From sequence record MW021758.1: a stretch of DNA of 64,000 nt; one strand, written 5' to 3'. The notes beneath the pieces are model-generated. The model did no database searches, was not told the DNA's origin, and worked only from the letters and a program-made list of their open reading frames with translations. Below, one piece after another: positions 37,848 through 46,832 of this stretch. How positions within the stretch are numbered: position 1 is the stretch's first letter; the number at the start of each line of letters is the position of its first letter. The position numbers and the translations under genes were made by a program.

Positions 37848-38309
37848 CTATTCTTCTTCTGGCTCAGGTGTTTGGAAGGTAAAGTACTTGATGAACTCGA
37901 CAAGTCCAGCTTTGGGAACTGTGTCTAGCCCAGCCTTTTCCAGAGTCTCTTTAAAGACTTCGGTGATTTCGCCTTCCCAGGTACTAATAAAACAGGTATT
38001 GAGTACGAAGTGGTTAACGCCATTGTAAACAGAGTAGGACGGCTTACCCCAGCATACGCCACGGAACATTAAGTTATAGTGGCTTTTCAGATCTTCTTCG
38101 ATGAGATTAAGTAGTGGGCGGATCGGTAACTTACGACCAGCCTGCGTACGAGTAATGCGGTAAACTTGTAAACCGTCTTTGGTACCAACGATTAAACAAT
38201 GTCTGGCTACCGAGGAACGACGGGCGATGTTCAGCACTACGTCGTTACTATCATCGATCACTGAAACGTTCTGAACAATACCTTCAGAAAGTTTAACGGT
38301 GACTTTCAT
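37848..38309 (-). CDS. Hypothetical protein
   Basis: 153 aa, coupled to the upstream gene, terminator follows. Confidence 0.65.
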   Translation of the reverse strand: MKVTVKLSEGIVQNVSVIDDSNDVVLNIARRSSVARHCLIVGTKDGLQVYRITRTQAGRKLPIRPLLNLIEEDLKSHYNLMFRGVCWGKPSYSVYNGVNHFVLNTCFISTWEGEITEVFKETLEKAGLDTVPKAGLVEFIKYFTFQTPEPEEE

Positions 38310-38746
38310 CCACGTCTCCCTTTACAAACCGTATAACAGTAAAAGCTATACCCTGTTTCGGAGGTTGTTGATATTTTAAAATCTCCACTCGTTGTGGCAC
38401 TAATGCGACCGCAACGATAACAGCGGCAAAGCGTTTGAGATTTGGGCGCGAATGCACCCAAGAGTTCTTTGTTTTTTGCACTTCGTTTTTCGAGTGCTTC
38501 GGTACGACAGGTATTGCAATAACGATATACCTTGTAGTCCTTTGTGAACTCTTTAATCGATTTCTCTTCTAAACACGTCGGGCACTTGCAGGTATCTTTT
38601 ACCTCAGTAACACGTTCAAATACTTTGGCAGCAGGCTTCGCTTTTTGGAAGCAGTTGCAACCATTGCAATCGGCATGTTCTTTACCGTCACGCATGAATT
38701 GGGAAAGATCGAAGGTTACGTTACAAATAATACATTGTTTGCGCAT
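38306..38746 (-). CDS. Cys-rich protein with three tandem C4 zinc-finger-like units
   Basis: CIIC..CNGC, CPTC..CNTC, CYRC..CYTVC. Confidence 0.7.
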   Translation of the reverse strand: MRKQCIICNVTFDLSQFMRDGKEHADCNGCNCFQKAKPAAKVFERVTEVKDTCKCPTCLEEKSIKEFTKDYKVYRYCNTCRTEALEKRSAKNKELLGAFAPKSQTLCRCYRCGRISATTSGDFKISTTSETGYSFYCYTVCKGRRG

Positions 38747-38816
38747 GGAGATATACTCCTCAAAAATAAATGGGTGTTTTGGCGTAGAGGAATTCCCCTA
38801 CGCCGTGCGGTTGGCT

Positions 38817-39416
38817 TTATGCCAGGTTCCAGGTATTCTGCATCAGGTCACTAATAGTGGATTTGATACGTTCGTTGTAAATACCAGGTGGGTTAATCAG
38901 GTTTGCAATAGTGATGCCTGATTGCGGCAACTTAGTCAGTAACTGATAGAGCTTACTGTCAGTGATGCCTTCCTCAGGAACATTGATATCCAGTTTAACC
39001 CATTCGCCGAAGTCGTTAGACTCTTTCTCGACGAACCAGTCAAGGTCTGCTTCAAATCCAGCTAAGTTGAATGAGAAACGACGCTTGTGGTAAACTCGCT
39101 CACCAAAAGGCAACGCAAGTTCGTATTCTTCTTCGCTAACTTGGAATTCACGTTCCAGACAACGAGAAGTCATATCGCCGGGTTTACCAGGGAACCGATA
39201 TTTAGTCGCGCACTCAAACACAACCCCAACTGAGGTCTTAGCCTGAACAGCTTCGGTACGACGAACACGGTTAGTTAACCGCAGGCCGTTGTCGGCTACG
39301 GTTTGGATTTCCGACTGAGTGATGATGAGGTAGTCTGGTGTCTCCAACAGAGTCTGCCGTGTTTCGGGCGTAATCTGGAAGAAGAACGCTACTTCATTCT
39401 CATTACTTTTAGCCAT
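38817..39416 (-). CDS. CYTH (triphosphate tunnel metalloenzyme)-like protein
   Basis: N-terminal ENE, RVRRT, EREFQVSEEEY, HKRRF, DLDWF. Confidence 0.65.
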   Translation of the reverse strand: MAKSNENEVAFFFQITPETRQTLLETPDYLIITQSEIQTVADNGLRLTNRVRRTEAVQAKTSVGVVFECATKYRFPGKPGDMTSRCLEREFQVSEEEYELALPFGERVYHKRRFSFNLAGFEADLDWFVEKESNDFGEWVKLDINVPEEGITDSKLYQLLTKLPQSGITIANLINPPGIYNERIKSTISDLMQNTWNLA

Positions 39417-39505
39417 GAGAAATCTCTCTTCGTTAATGAACTAAAGGATACTCTAAAGAGAATCCCGTACATAGACTACGATGATGAGTTTATTTTTTAC
39501 GTAAC

Positions 39506-40084
39506 TTAGTTAAGGAATATCTTTTTGAATTCCGTACGGGAGCACGCGGCAGGGTAGATCAAATCAGCGCATTTAACGAAGAAGTCACTAAGTTCCGTAC
39601 CCTTATGGATAATACCATAATCTTCTTTAGTATCCGAGAATGATAACCACCAATCCTCATCTTCATCGAATTGGCGCAGTAAAGGGTGATCGTGGATATA
39701 GCGCAGACCCTCGACGTAACATGTATCGAAGTGCAGACCGTCTTCCAAGATGAAAGTGTGAAGGAATACCGAATCACTGAAGTCTTCATTCGGTACTTTA
39801 AGATCCTGCCTAACTACGCCATACCCGTAAACATCCTGCATATAGGCAGTAACGAATAATGCACAGGGTAGGCAGATACCACGTAGAGGATCAATGTCGA
39901 AGAGATCTACGTGATCTGTAATGTTAATCAATGCAGCCGTATGGATGTGTTCTTCTGGTAAATCAGTTTCAAATTGGTGGAATAAGGCAATACCGCCATG
40001 GTCGCTAATGACTCGAGATGGCTCTATCTCAGTACGGTATGTTTCAAGTATGGTACGAAACGCGTGCTTAATTGAATCTTTCAT
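39506..40084 (-). CDS. Hypothetical protein with a possible Cys-His-Asp papain or transglutaminase-like triad
   Basis: GICLPCALFV ... LHTFILEDGLHFD. Confidence 0.6.
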   Translation of the reverse strand: MKDSIKHAFRTILETYRTEIEPSRVISDHGGIALFHQFETDLPEEHIHTAALINITDHVDLFDIDPLRGICLPCALFVTAYMQDVYGYGVVRQDLKVPNEDFSDSVFLHTFILEDGLHFDTCYVEGLRYIHDHPLLRQFDEDEDWWLSFSDTKEDYGIIHKGTELSDFFVKCADLIYPAACSRTEFKKIFLN

Positions 40085-40144
40085 GACTACTCCGATATAC
40101 GGTATAAAACGCCTAGGGAATTCCCTAGGCGAGTATGTTGTTAT

Positions 40145-40753
40145 TTAGCCGTTGATGTCACGGATAACTAAATTGACTTCAGCACGCATAGCTTGAGCCA
40201 ATTCTTGGTAATTAAACGGATAAGCGCCTTGTGGAACGACGCGAGTAAAGGTGACCGTTTTGGTCGGTCGGAAATGATCTTCGCCGAAATCGAATACCGC
40301 TGACAGAGTTTGAATTACCTGGAACTTGCTGTCGGTACTCAGTTCGAAACGTTGTACCCTAACAGTAAAATCTTCGGTACCCATATCGATCAACTTAGCA
40401 ACTTCCCTCACCATGTGGGGAATGTTCAAACGACCCTGGCCGGAAACGATCAGACGCTTGAAAGTATCGAGATAAACTTCCCCGACCAGATGAGTAGTGC
40501 TGATGGTACGAAGGGCTTCCGCGATAGCAGAAGGGACCGCTTTCTTCCAATAGTTAGAACCACCATAGTTTTCGTAGTAGTGCAGGATATAAGCTCGCTC
40601 GAGTACGAAGGTCAGTGGAAGTTTTACGGAGGTGAATGTAACCTGAACGCCACCATCAATGCGAATGACATAATGGAGTTGGTCGTTGCCTACTCTGCGA
40701 GATTCAACGTTTACTGAGCCGGAGTTAAAGACTTGGATATAATCAGTTTTCAT
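40145..40753 (-). CDS. Hypothetical protein
   Basis: 202 aa, AAGGA RBS. Confidence 0.7.
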   Translation of the reverse strand: MKTDYIQVFNSGSVNVESRRVGNDQLHYVIRIDGGVQVTFTSVKLPLTFVLERAYILHYYENYGGSNYWKKAVPSAIAEALRTISTTHLVGEVYLDTFKRLIVSGQGRLNIPHMVREVAKLIDMGTEDFTVRVQRFELSTDSKFQVIQTLSAVFDFGEDHFRPTKTVTFTRVVPQGAYPFNYQELAQAMRAEVNLVIRDING

Positions 40754-40759
40754 TTTCAG

Positions 40760-41284
40760 TTATCCTTTTGCACGAGACATGTTTTGTTTAAGTTCACGAG
40801 GATTGAACGCTGACGCGAATACGTCGAAGGTCAACGCATCATAAAGCGTAGGTCGGTTAATCGGGTTGAGGTAAGGTACCGGTCGACCTGCGGCCTCTAC
40901 GATAGACTTGAAAAGGTCATCGTCATAACCTGGCTTGAAATAGAGCTCGACCACAGAGGCATCTTTACCACAGAAACTCTGAACGAACTTAGGGAACTCT
41001 TTCGAGTCGTCTAAGTAATACGGCAGGTCGGAGAAGAACTGAACCTTTGGAGGCACGCCGTGTTTCTGAACATGCAGCCAAACTCCGTAGAGCTCACACT
41101 TCTCGATAGCAGCCTTATGTTCCTTAGGGAGCTTCTTATCTACGGAAGAATCGTAGACCCGAACACCGCGTACGTTAAAGTGGAAATTCCCCTTGGCGAT
41201 ATTAGCAGTGACGATAGTTGCATCTCCTTTCTTAGAGACACGTTCGATCAAACCACATGGAAAAGTCAGAGAATAGTGAATCAT
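40760..41284 (-). CDS. Hypothetical protein
   Basis: Start moved to ATG 41284 after AAGGA. Confidence 0.7.
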   Translation of the reverse strand: MIHYSLTFPCGLIERVSKKGDATIVTANIAKGNFHFNVRGVRVYDSSVDKKLPKEHKAAIEKCELYGVWLHVQKHGVPPKVQFFSDLPYYLDDSKEFPKFVQSFCGKDASVVELYFKPGYDDDLFKSIVEAAGRPVPYLNPINRPTLYDALTFDVFASAFNPRELKQNMSRAKG

Positions 41285-41393
41285 TTTGTTTCCTTGTTTT
41301 AACAAAATAGTGAATAGATCCCTTTCCTCTAGAATTAACTAGAGGAAAGGATGAGTTACTCTCGCCATGGTCACTTCGTTATTCCCGGAACGC

Positions 41394-42062
41394 TTAAGTT
41401 GCGTCAGCTAAAGTTAGGGGGAGTTGATGTTTGTAAGCTAAGAGAACCACTTCGCTTTTATAAGCTTTGCGGTGGCTGTTAACTTTCGAATGAACGTATT
41501 GCTTAAATCCTGCTACAGTACGGGCACGTCCTTTATCGTAGAAGAACGCTTTATTGCCCCGAGCAGCACTAGGCGTTACGGAAGAAGCGTAACGGTTGTT
41601 ACGCGCTTTGAGGATCTTGACAGCGTCTCCAGGCCCGAGCAAGTGAGCCATGTAGATTTCTTCGATACCGACTTTACGGTGAAGTTGCTTCTCAAGATAT
41701 CGTTGATTTTCCTTGATGTATTCCGCAGCCATCAAAGCGTTGGCTCGCGGGTTTTGTTTACTTGTACCAGGTCGAATGCCGTACTGTTTACCGTAACGCT
41801 TAACCATTACACGCCACGTACTGTCGGTGAACCCAAACAGACCTGCGGCGGAGCTGGAACGGTTATGACGGTTTTGACCCATAGTTGATTCGATGCTAGC
41901 CAAAATGACTAGATCCATCATGTTTACGTCCGTACGTTTGGACGTAGAAAGCAAGACGGTTTTGTGTTTATTCCAACCGGCCTGGTTCACGGATACAGAT
42001 GCGGTTGCTGGGAAACTGAATGTTACCAAGCAAAGGACAAGAGTCCAGAATACCATGCGCAT
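41394..42062 (-). CDS. Lytic transglycosylase (SLT, phiKZ gp144 catalytic-domain-like) with a signal peptide
   Basis: ASIES, SSAAGLFGFTDSTW, ANALMAAEY, IYMAHLLGPG; N-terminal hydrophobic segment ending PATA-S. Confidence 0.85.
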   Translation of the reverse strand: MRMVFWTLVLCLVTFSFPATASVSVNQAGWNKHKTVLLSTSKRTDVNMMDLVILASIESTMGQNRHNRSSSAAGLFGFTDSTWRVMVKRYGKQYGIRPGTSKQNPRANALMAAEYIKENQRYLEKQLHRKVGIEEIYMAHLLGPGDAVKILKARNNRYASSVTPSAARGNKAFFYDKGRARTVAGFKQYVHSKVNSHRKAYKSEVVLLAYKHQLPLTLADAT

Positions 42063-42182
42063 GTTCTTTTTTCCTCAAGTAGTCGTGTTTAACGAGTACC
42101 TTGGCGAGAGGAGAGTGTTACCACTTCGCGTTTATATCCTCCTGTACAAAAAGAGGGAGCGAACTCCCTCATGTCGAATGAA

Positions 42183-42830
42183 TTAGTGTTTTACTTCCGT
42201 GGCCATGGATGGGAACACGAAAGAGATACGACACGCACCTGGGTTGCTCATCGCCATTTCCTGGTCGATATAAGTAACCGCTACGCCTTCGTTGTCTTCG
42301 GTGCGAGAGATGCTTACCGCCGGCGCGCCGATACCGAGCTGTGCCAACGCAATGCTGAATGCATACAGAACTTCAGATGGGTTGAGTGGACGACGTTGAA
42401 TCGCCTGTACCCGATCGGTAGAGGAAGTATAGATCACGCCCTGGTTAGGTACCCACCAGGCCAGCGTGGTACTTTCGTTGCTTTCCAGCAGCGCGGTGAT
42501 CGTTTTGTTAGCGCTCACCATGATGGAGATACGGAACGTCTCGCTGAAGGTAGCGATCAGTTCGAACAGTTCCCACGGCAGGTTTTCGTAGTGAGGTTTA
42601 ATCGCCTCGTTCAGCTCTTCGATAGAGCTGGCGCAACCGAACATTGCCATTGGGTTCTGGAATACTACCGGATCTTTAGTGAAGCCGAAGGCTGGATTGA
42701 ATGCTTCCATATCCGGGCGTTGTGCACCGTTTTGATCCAGAAGATTAATATCGACCACACGAACCATTTGCTCTTCTACTACGAGCTTACCCATGCTCAG
42801 GATCTTAGTCGGCTTACGAGTATCAGACAT
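42183..42830 (-). CDS. Hypothetical protein, codon usage suggests high expression
   Basis: 215 aa, GGGAAGAG RBS, TATGTA at 42885-42890. Confidence 0.7.
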   Translation of the reverse strand: MSDTRKPTKILSMGKLVVEEQMVRVVDINLLDQNGAQRPDMEAFNPAFGFTKDPVVFQNPMAMFGCASSIEELNEAIKPHYENLPWELFELIATFSETFRISIMVSANKTITALLESNESTTLAWWVPNQGVIYTSSTDRVQAIQRRPLNPSEVLYAFSIALAQLGIGAPAVSISRTEDNEGVAVTYIDQEMAMSNPGACRISFVFPSMATEVKH

Positions 42831-42957
42831 GTTTCTCTTCCCTTGTTTTCAATAGTTAAACTAGCATAATCGCTATACCATGGATACATAGCGTCAAAAA
42901 ATAAAAGGAATAACCCAACCCACTCCCGGTTAGAGGAATGAGCTGGATCATTTTTAC

Positions 42958-43317
42958 TTAGTACGGAGTACCGATATCATCAACGGCTGCGGCTGGAGCA
43001 CCTGCTTCATCCAGGAACACGAAGCGAGTGAACGTCGTGTCCTGCCAACCGATGCGTACACGGAAGACTACGATCTGGCCGTAGATACGACTAGACGCTA
43101 AACTTACTTCAGCGAATGAATCGTATTTGCCCAGAGGATACTTCCCTTCCTCAGAGGCACTTACCATCAAGCCTAAGCCGTTGGTAAAGATCTGCATCAT
43201 AGCAGAGCTGATTGCCAGAGTTTTCTCTTTAGTCTCTGGACCACCAATGCATAGATCGTTCAGTTCTTCGATTGATTTATCGATTACTGCTTGGTTTCTT
43301 CTCATCGTATTTTCCAT
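42958..43317 (-). CDS. Hypothetical protein
   Basis: 119 aa, GAG RBS. Confidence 0.65.
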   Translation of the reverse strand: MENTMRRNQAVIDKSIEELNDLCIGGPETKEKTLAISSAMMQIFTNGLGLMVSASEEGKYPLGKYDSFAEVSLASSRIYGQIVVFRVRIGWQDTTFTRFVFLDEAGAPAAAVDDIGTPY

Positions 43318-43384
43318 CTCTTAGACGTGGATTATTGAGTTATAATCACACTAATTCATCTAGGGTATTTGACTAGCTGTACTC

Positions 43385-43514
43385 TTAGGGAATTCCTTTC
43401 GTCATTACATTCCTCAGTCATTCTAACCCCTAATAGTCACAGGCTCCGCCGTGACCCCTCTTGCGAGATGTCTTGTGTGCTTTTAGCACACTATAAGACA
43501 CGACGTAAAAAATG
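43385..43514 (-). repeat. Copy B of the duplicated structured intergenic element (candidate sRNA)
   Basis: Matches 2856-2978 in four blocks, with length variation inside the hairpin stem. Confidence 0.7.
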
Positions 43515-43530
43515 AATTAAAGAGAGTGGT

Positions 43531-43941
43531 TTACCACGACTTCAATGCGTTTTTCAGTTTGTCGTAAACGTGGTTAGGAATCTCATTCCGGTATTTTTCA
43601 ATCACGGTTTGAATTTCTTCCTGAGGCTTCTTCAGCTTAAACTTGAATACGCCAAACTTAGTGAGTACCCACTCGCTATCTTCATAACGAGACAGTGCCT
43701 TGACGATATCCTGCACGGCCATAGGCAAACTAGTGAAGTCAGACTTGGCTTTAGAAACCTGGATCAACTGACGCAGAGGATGCGCGTTAATAATCCCACG
43801 GAGCAACGAAATGTTTACTTGGCCGTTGTAACCAATAATCCCTTCGGGCAACTTAGGTTGAGTACGCAGACCCAAAGCTTCGAAGAAAGATTGTACAGTT
43901 AAGCGTGCTTCTGCATTGTGGTGCTCTTCGTTCTTACTCAT
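43531..43941 (-). CDS. Hypothetical protein
   Basis: Start moved to ATG 43941 after AAGGAG. Confidence 0.65.
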   Translation of the reverse strand: MSKNEEHHNAEARLTVQSFFEALGLRTQPKLPEGIIGYNGQVNISLLRGIINAHPLRQLIQVSKAKSDFTSLPMAVQDIVKALSRYEDSEWVLTKFGVFKFKLKKPQEEIQTVIEKYRNEIPNHVYDKLKNALKSW

Positions 43942-43951
43942 TACTGACTCC

Positions 43952-44272
43952 TTACTTATTAACAATAATGTCGATGTTGTAGCAGCCGATGATACGATCC
44001 AGAACAGTTTGGATACCTTCACGGATCAGTCCAGGGTATTGCAGAGTGTCTTCGTCCATCTTACCGAAGTCCACTTGAACAAAAAGATCTTTACGCTCAC
44101 CAAAGAAAGAGAAACGAACAAAGCCAGTAGCTTCATCTTTAGTGATCGAAACGAAAGAAGCGACCTTTTGAATTTGGTCAAGCGGAATAACTACAGTTTT
44201 ACGATCTAAAGTACGGATGATAGTCTTTTTGTAGTCTGCAACCAAAACTGAATCGAAGATGCACTGTTCCAT
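43952..44272 (-). CDS. Small beta-rich hypothetical protein
   Basis: 106 aa, AAGGA RBS. Confidence 0.65.
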   Translation of the reverse strand: MEQCIFDSVLVADYKKTIIRTLDRKTVVIPLDQIQKVASFVSITKDEATGFVRFSFFGERKDLFVQVDFGKMDEDTLQYPGLIREGIQTVLDRIIGCYNIDIIVNK

Positions 44273-44337
44273 GATAGTATCCTTTTTAAAATAGAGAAAA
44301 TAAGCGGAGAGAGCCGTAGCCCTCTCCTATAGTTTTA

Positions 44338-44715
44338 TTAACGAATGATAGGCAGTCTGCGAATGCGTTCGATAGTGAAGCTTACAGGCGCAGTATTACC
44401 GGTTTCCAGACGACGCTTCAGTTCACCAACTAAACGGATTGCATCCAGTCGACTGAGGGTATAAACGATTTCGGTTTTGTAGATGAATTTCCAACCAGAC
44501 CAGAACTTAGCGGTGGACAACTCCAAAACCTCATTCACAGAGTCGCTAATCCGATCACGCATCGCGTCATCTTCAAAGTTGACAAACTGTACAGGTTCAT
44601 CCAACAACTCTTCTAAAGCCGATACAGCGCGTTTCATTTCACGATAGCTAATATCGATAGTCTTGCGCCAAACTTTAGATTCGACGTGAGATAACAGAAT
44701 TTCCATGGTGCTCAT
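44338..44715 (-). CDS. Hypothetical protein, probable paralog of 44737-45087
   Basis: 125 aa; YTLSRLDAIRL..L...E C-terminal block. Confidence 0.65.
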   Translation of the reverse strand: MSTMEILLSHVESKVWRKTIDISYREMKRAVSALEELLDEPVQFVNFEDDAMRDRISDSVNEVLELSTAKFWSGWKFIYKTEIVYTLSRLDAIRLVGELKRRLETGNTAPVSFTIERIRRLPIIR

Positions 44716-44736
44716 TTGTTCTGGCCTCGAGGTTAA

Positions 44737-45087
44737 TTATTTTACGAAGTTTACGATCGGCTGATACTGAACGATGGTACGACTCAACTTGACCGGATAG
44801 CTGTCCTTTTCGATCGCACGATAAAGTGCGGCACGCAGGCGAGAGATTTCAGTCCGGCTAAGGATCCAGTGATCACCACCGACCGGAGTTTTGAACCAGC
44901 TATCGCCAGTTTCGATTCTGATGACATACAGCTCAGTAGGCTCGTTAGCCAAAGACTCGATCATCTTGATCATCTTTTTGACTTTACCTTTACGAGCCAG
45001 AACCAAAGTACGGTTGAACGGCGCCGCGATTTTGTCAAACTCTGGGTTAGTTTCGATAGTACGGATAATGGCGTTTACGCTATGCAT
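44737..45087 (-). CDS. Hypothetical protein, probable paralog of 44338-44715
   Basis: 116 aa; WILSRTEISRL..L...E block. Confidence 0.65.
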   Translation of the reverse strand: MHSVNAIIRTIETNPEFDKIAAPFNRTLVLARKGKVKKMIKMIESLANEPTELYVIRIETGDSWFKTPVGGDHWILSRTEISRLRAALYRAIEKDSYPVKLSRTIVQYQPIVNFVK

Positions 45088-45097
45088 GATGGTTTCC

Positions 45098-45862
45098 TTA
45101 TTTGAAATTGTAACGGATTGACTGCTGAGAACCTTTTAAGGAATATTCAGCAGGGAGCTTTTTGTTAATGTAACGGGAATAGAGTGGCTCTGAAGCCACC
45201 CTTCCTGAGAAAGCTTTTCTTTTGCTTTCTTTAGCAACATCTTCGATGGTTCTTAAACGATACATCTCAGGGAAGTTTTCTGGAGTAGCAGGTTTCCAAC
45301 TTTCTACTTCAAAAACGCCACGTACGATACCGTTAGCAACAGCCAGCACAGCTTTAGCTCTACTAGCGCGACTAACGACTACTGGCCAGGAGAAACGTAC
45401 TGCGTCGTAAGTACTCATCTTATCGTAACTGTCATTGATCTTAATGATCAAGACGTCATCTTCCAGAACAGCTTCCTCAGCCCCGTATTGGACATTGGCT
45501 TCTTCGACAGTAAGTACGCCGAATTTATTACCGTGTCCTTTGACTTCATTTGTCAGGTTAGGGTAGACGTTAATCAAAGCGGATTCTACGGCAAAGGCTT
45601 CCGCCTCATCCCTTAAGTTGTAGGCCACGATGTTGTGACCTACTTCCAGACCGGATTCATGAATCTCTTTAATCGTTCCCAGTTTAAGTGAAAGGTTACT
45701 CGCATCCTTGGCTTTGAGTTGATCATTAACATGAGCGAAGATGCGATTACCACAACCCTTACCAACGTAGAACACCTCGTCATTATTCACAGGGTTAGTG
45801 AGAGTATAAACGTACCAGCCCAATTTCTCAGAGACTTCATGAGGGAATTTGTTAATGGTCAT
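45098..45862 (-). CDS. LEM-3-like GIY-YIG nuclease domain protein
   Basis: WYVYTL..FYVGKGCGNRIFAH..EAEAFAVESALI..NLTNEVKGH. Confidence 0.8.
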   Translation of the reverse strand: MTINKFPHEVSEKLGWYVYTLTNPVNNDEVFYVGKGCGNRIFAHVNDQLKAKDASNLSLKLGTIKEIHESGLEVGHNIVAYNLRDEAEAFAVESALINVYPNLTNEVKGHGNKFGVLTVEEANVQYGAEEAVLEDDVLIIKINDSYDKMSTYDAVRFSWPVVVSRASRAKAVLAVANGIVRGVFEVESWKPATPENFPEMYRLRTIEDVAKESKRKAFSGRVASEPLYSRYINKKLPAEYSLKGSQQSIRYNFK

Positions 45863-45897
45863 TTTGTTTCCTTACTTATCGAAAAGTGGCGATGATT

Positions 45898-46332
45898 TTA
45901 AGCGCGTACGATCGCGTGGCCGCTACCAGTTTTAGTTGCAACAGCGTAAACGACTTCGTAGCCTTTGTATTTGGCTTCGCGGTTACGGATGACGGAAGGA
46001 AAGTCCTTACCGCCAGTTGAGTTTTGCGCTTCGATTTTAGAAGCTACTTCCAGAGTCAGGCCTTTGAACTGGAAGCCGAAACCCAGATCGGTTTTGTGGA
46101 ACGCGATACCGTGGTTGCGCTCCAGATCCTGTAGCAGCATCCATTTGATGTCGCCTTTGGCATTGAAGCCCAGATCCTGCAGTTGAGAGTACAGTGGCAG
46201 GTATTCGGTTTCCAGCAGGGTTTGCGGATCACGACCGAACATTGCGACTTCATGAGCCAATGCCTGAACCAGACCAGCGATACGTGCAGCAGTGATAGAA
46301 CGAGTTTGTTTTTCGGTGAAGTTGATAGCCAT
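45898..46332 (-). CDS. Hypothetical protein, codon usage suggests high expression
   Basis: 144 aa, GAGGT RBS. Confidence 0.7.
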   Translation of the reverse strand: MAINFTEKQTRSITAARIAGLVQALAHEVAMFGRDPQTLLETEYLPLYSQLQDLGFNAKGDIKWMLLQDLERNHGIAFHKTDLGFGFQFKGLTLEVASKIEAQNSTGGKDFPSVIRNREAKYKGYEVVYAVATKTGSGHAIVRA

Positions 46333-46372
46333 GATAAATACCTCTTTATTAGTGAAAATGGATTAAATGGAA

Positions 46373-46705
46373 TTACAGTTTTTCGAGCTGATCTTCAATC
46401 TGATCGTCGAGGAAATGGATTGCACGAATTAACTTAGAAGAGTTATCTTCTGTTAACATCTTACTGCAGTAGAACGCCGTAGCAGTTGCCCAGCTATAAA
46501 GCTGATAATGACCGGCGCTGAGTAAGAGCCGAGCGTAATCGTTACCGAAGTCATGCATGATGACGTCAGCAATACCTACTGTAATTGTACGCACCGTTAA
46601 AAAAGCGTGCTTACGCGATTCGTCGTTATTGAGAGAAACGGAACCTACCACTTTACGAAGTTCTTCGAGACGAACCTTTGCATCTAGGATAGTATTGATA
46701 GCCAT
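46373..46705 (-). CDS. Hypothetical protein
   Basis: 110 aa; early-promoter-like TTTTCAAGTCTATATAACC upstream (about 46763-46781). Confidence 0.6.
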   Translation of the reverse strand: MAINTILDAKVRLEELRKVVGSVSLNNDESRKHAFLTVRTITVGIADVIMHDFGNDYARLLLSAGHYQLYSWATATAFYCSKMLTEDNSSKLIRAIHFLDDQIEDQLEKL

Positions 46706-46832
46706 TAAGAATTACCCTATTTGATTATTAAACTTTACCCATTACTTCCGGATATTCGCCACGGTTATATAGACTTGAAAATTGTTTGAAATCGGTTGGT
46801 ATGTAACTTTTTGAATAACTGACCAAAGGACC

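Noticed and set aside
43392-43414. Hammerhead-like CUGAGGA...GAAA in copy B of the repeated element
   Set aside because: Stem II is not well formed, no clear cleavage triplet or stem I is visible, and copy A lacks the core.
45098-45862. The GIY-YIG gene as the trans-acting homing endonuclease for the intron
   Set aside because: It lies 22 kb from the intron, too far for co-conversion, and resembles the LEM-3-like type. No supporting evidence.
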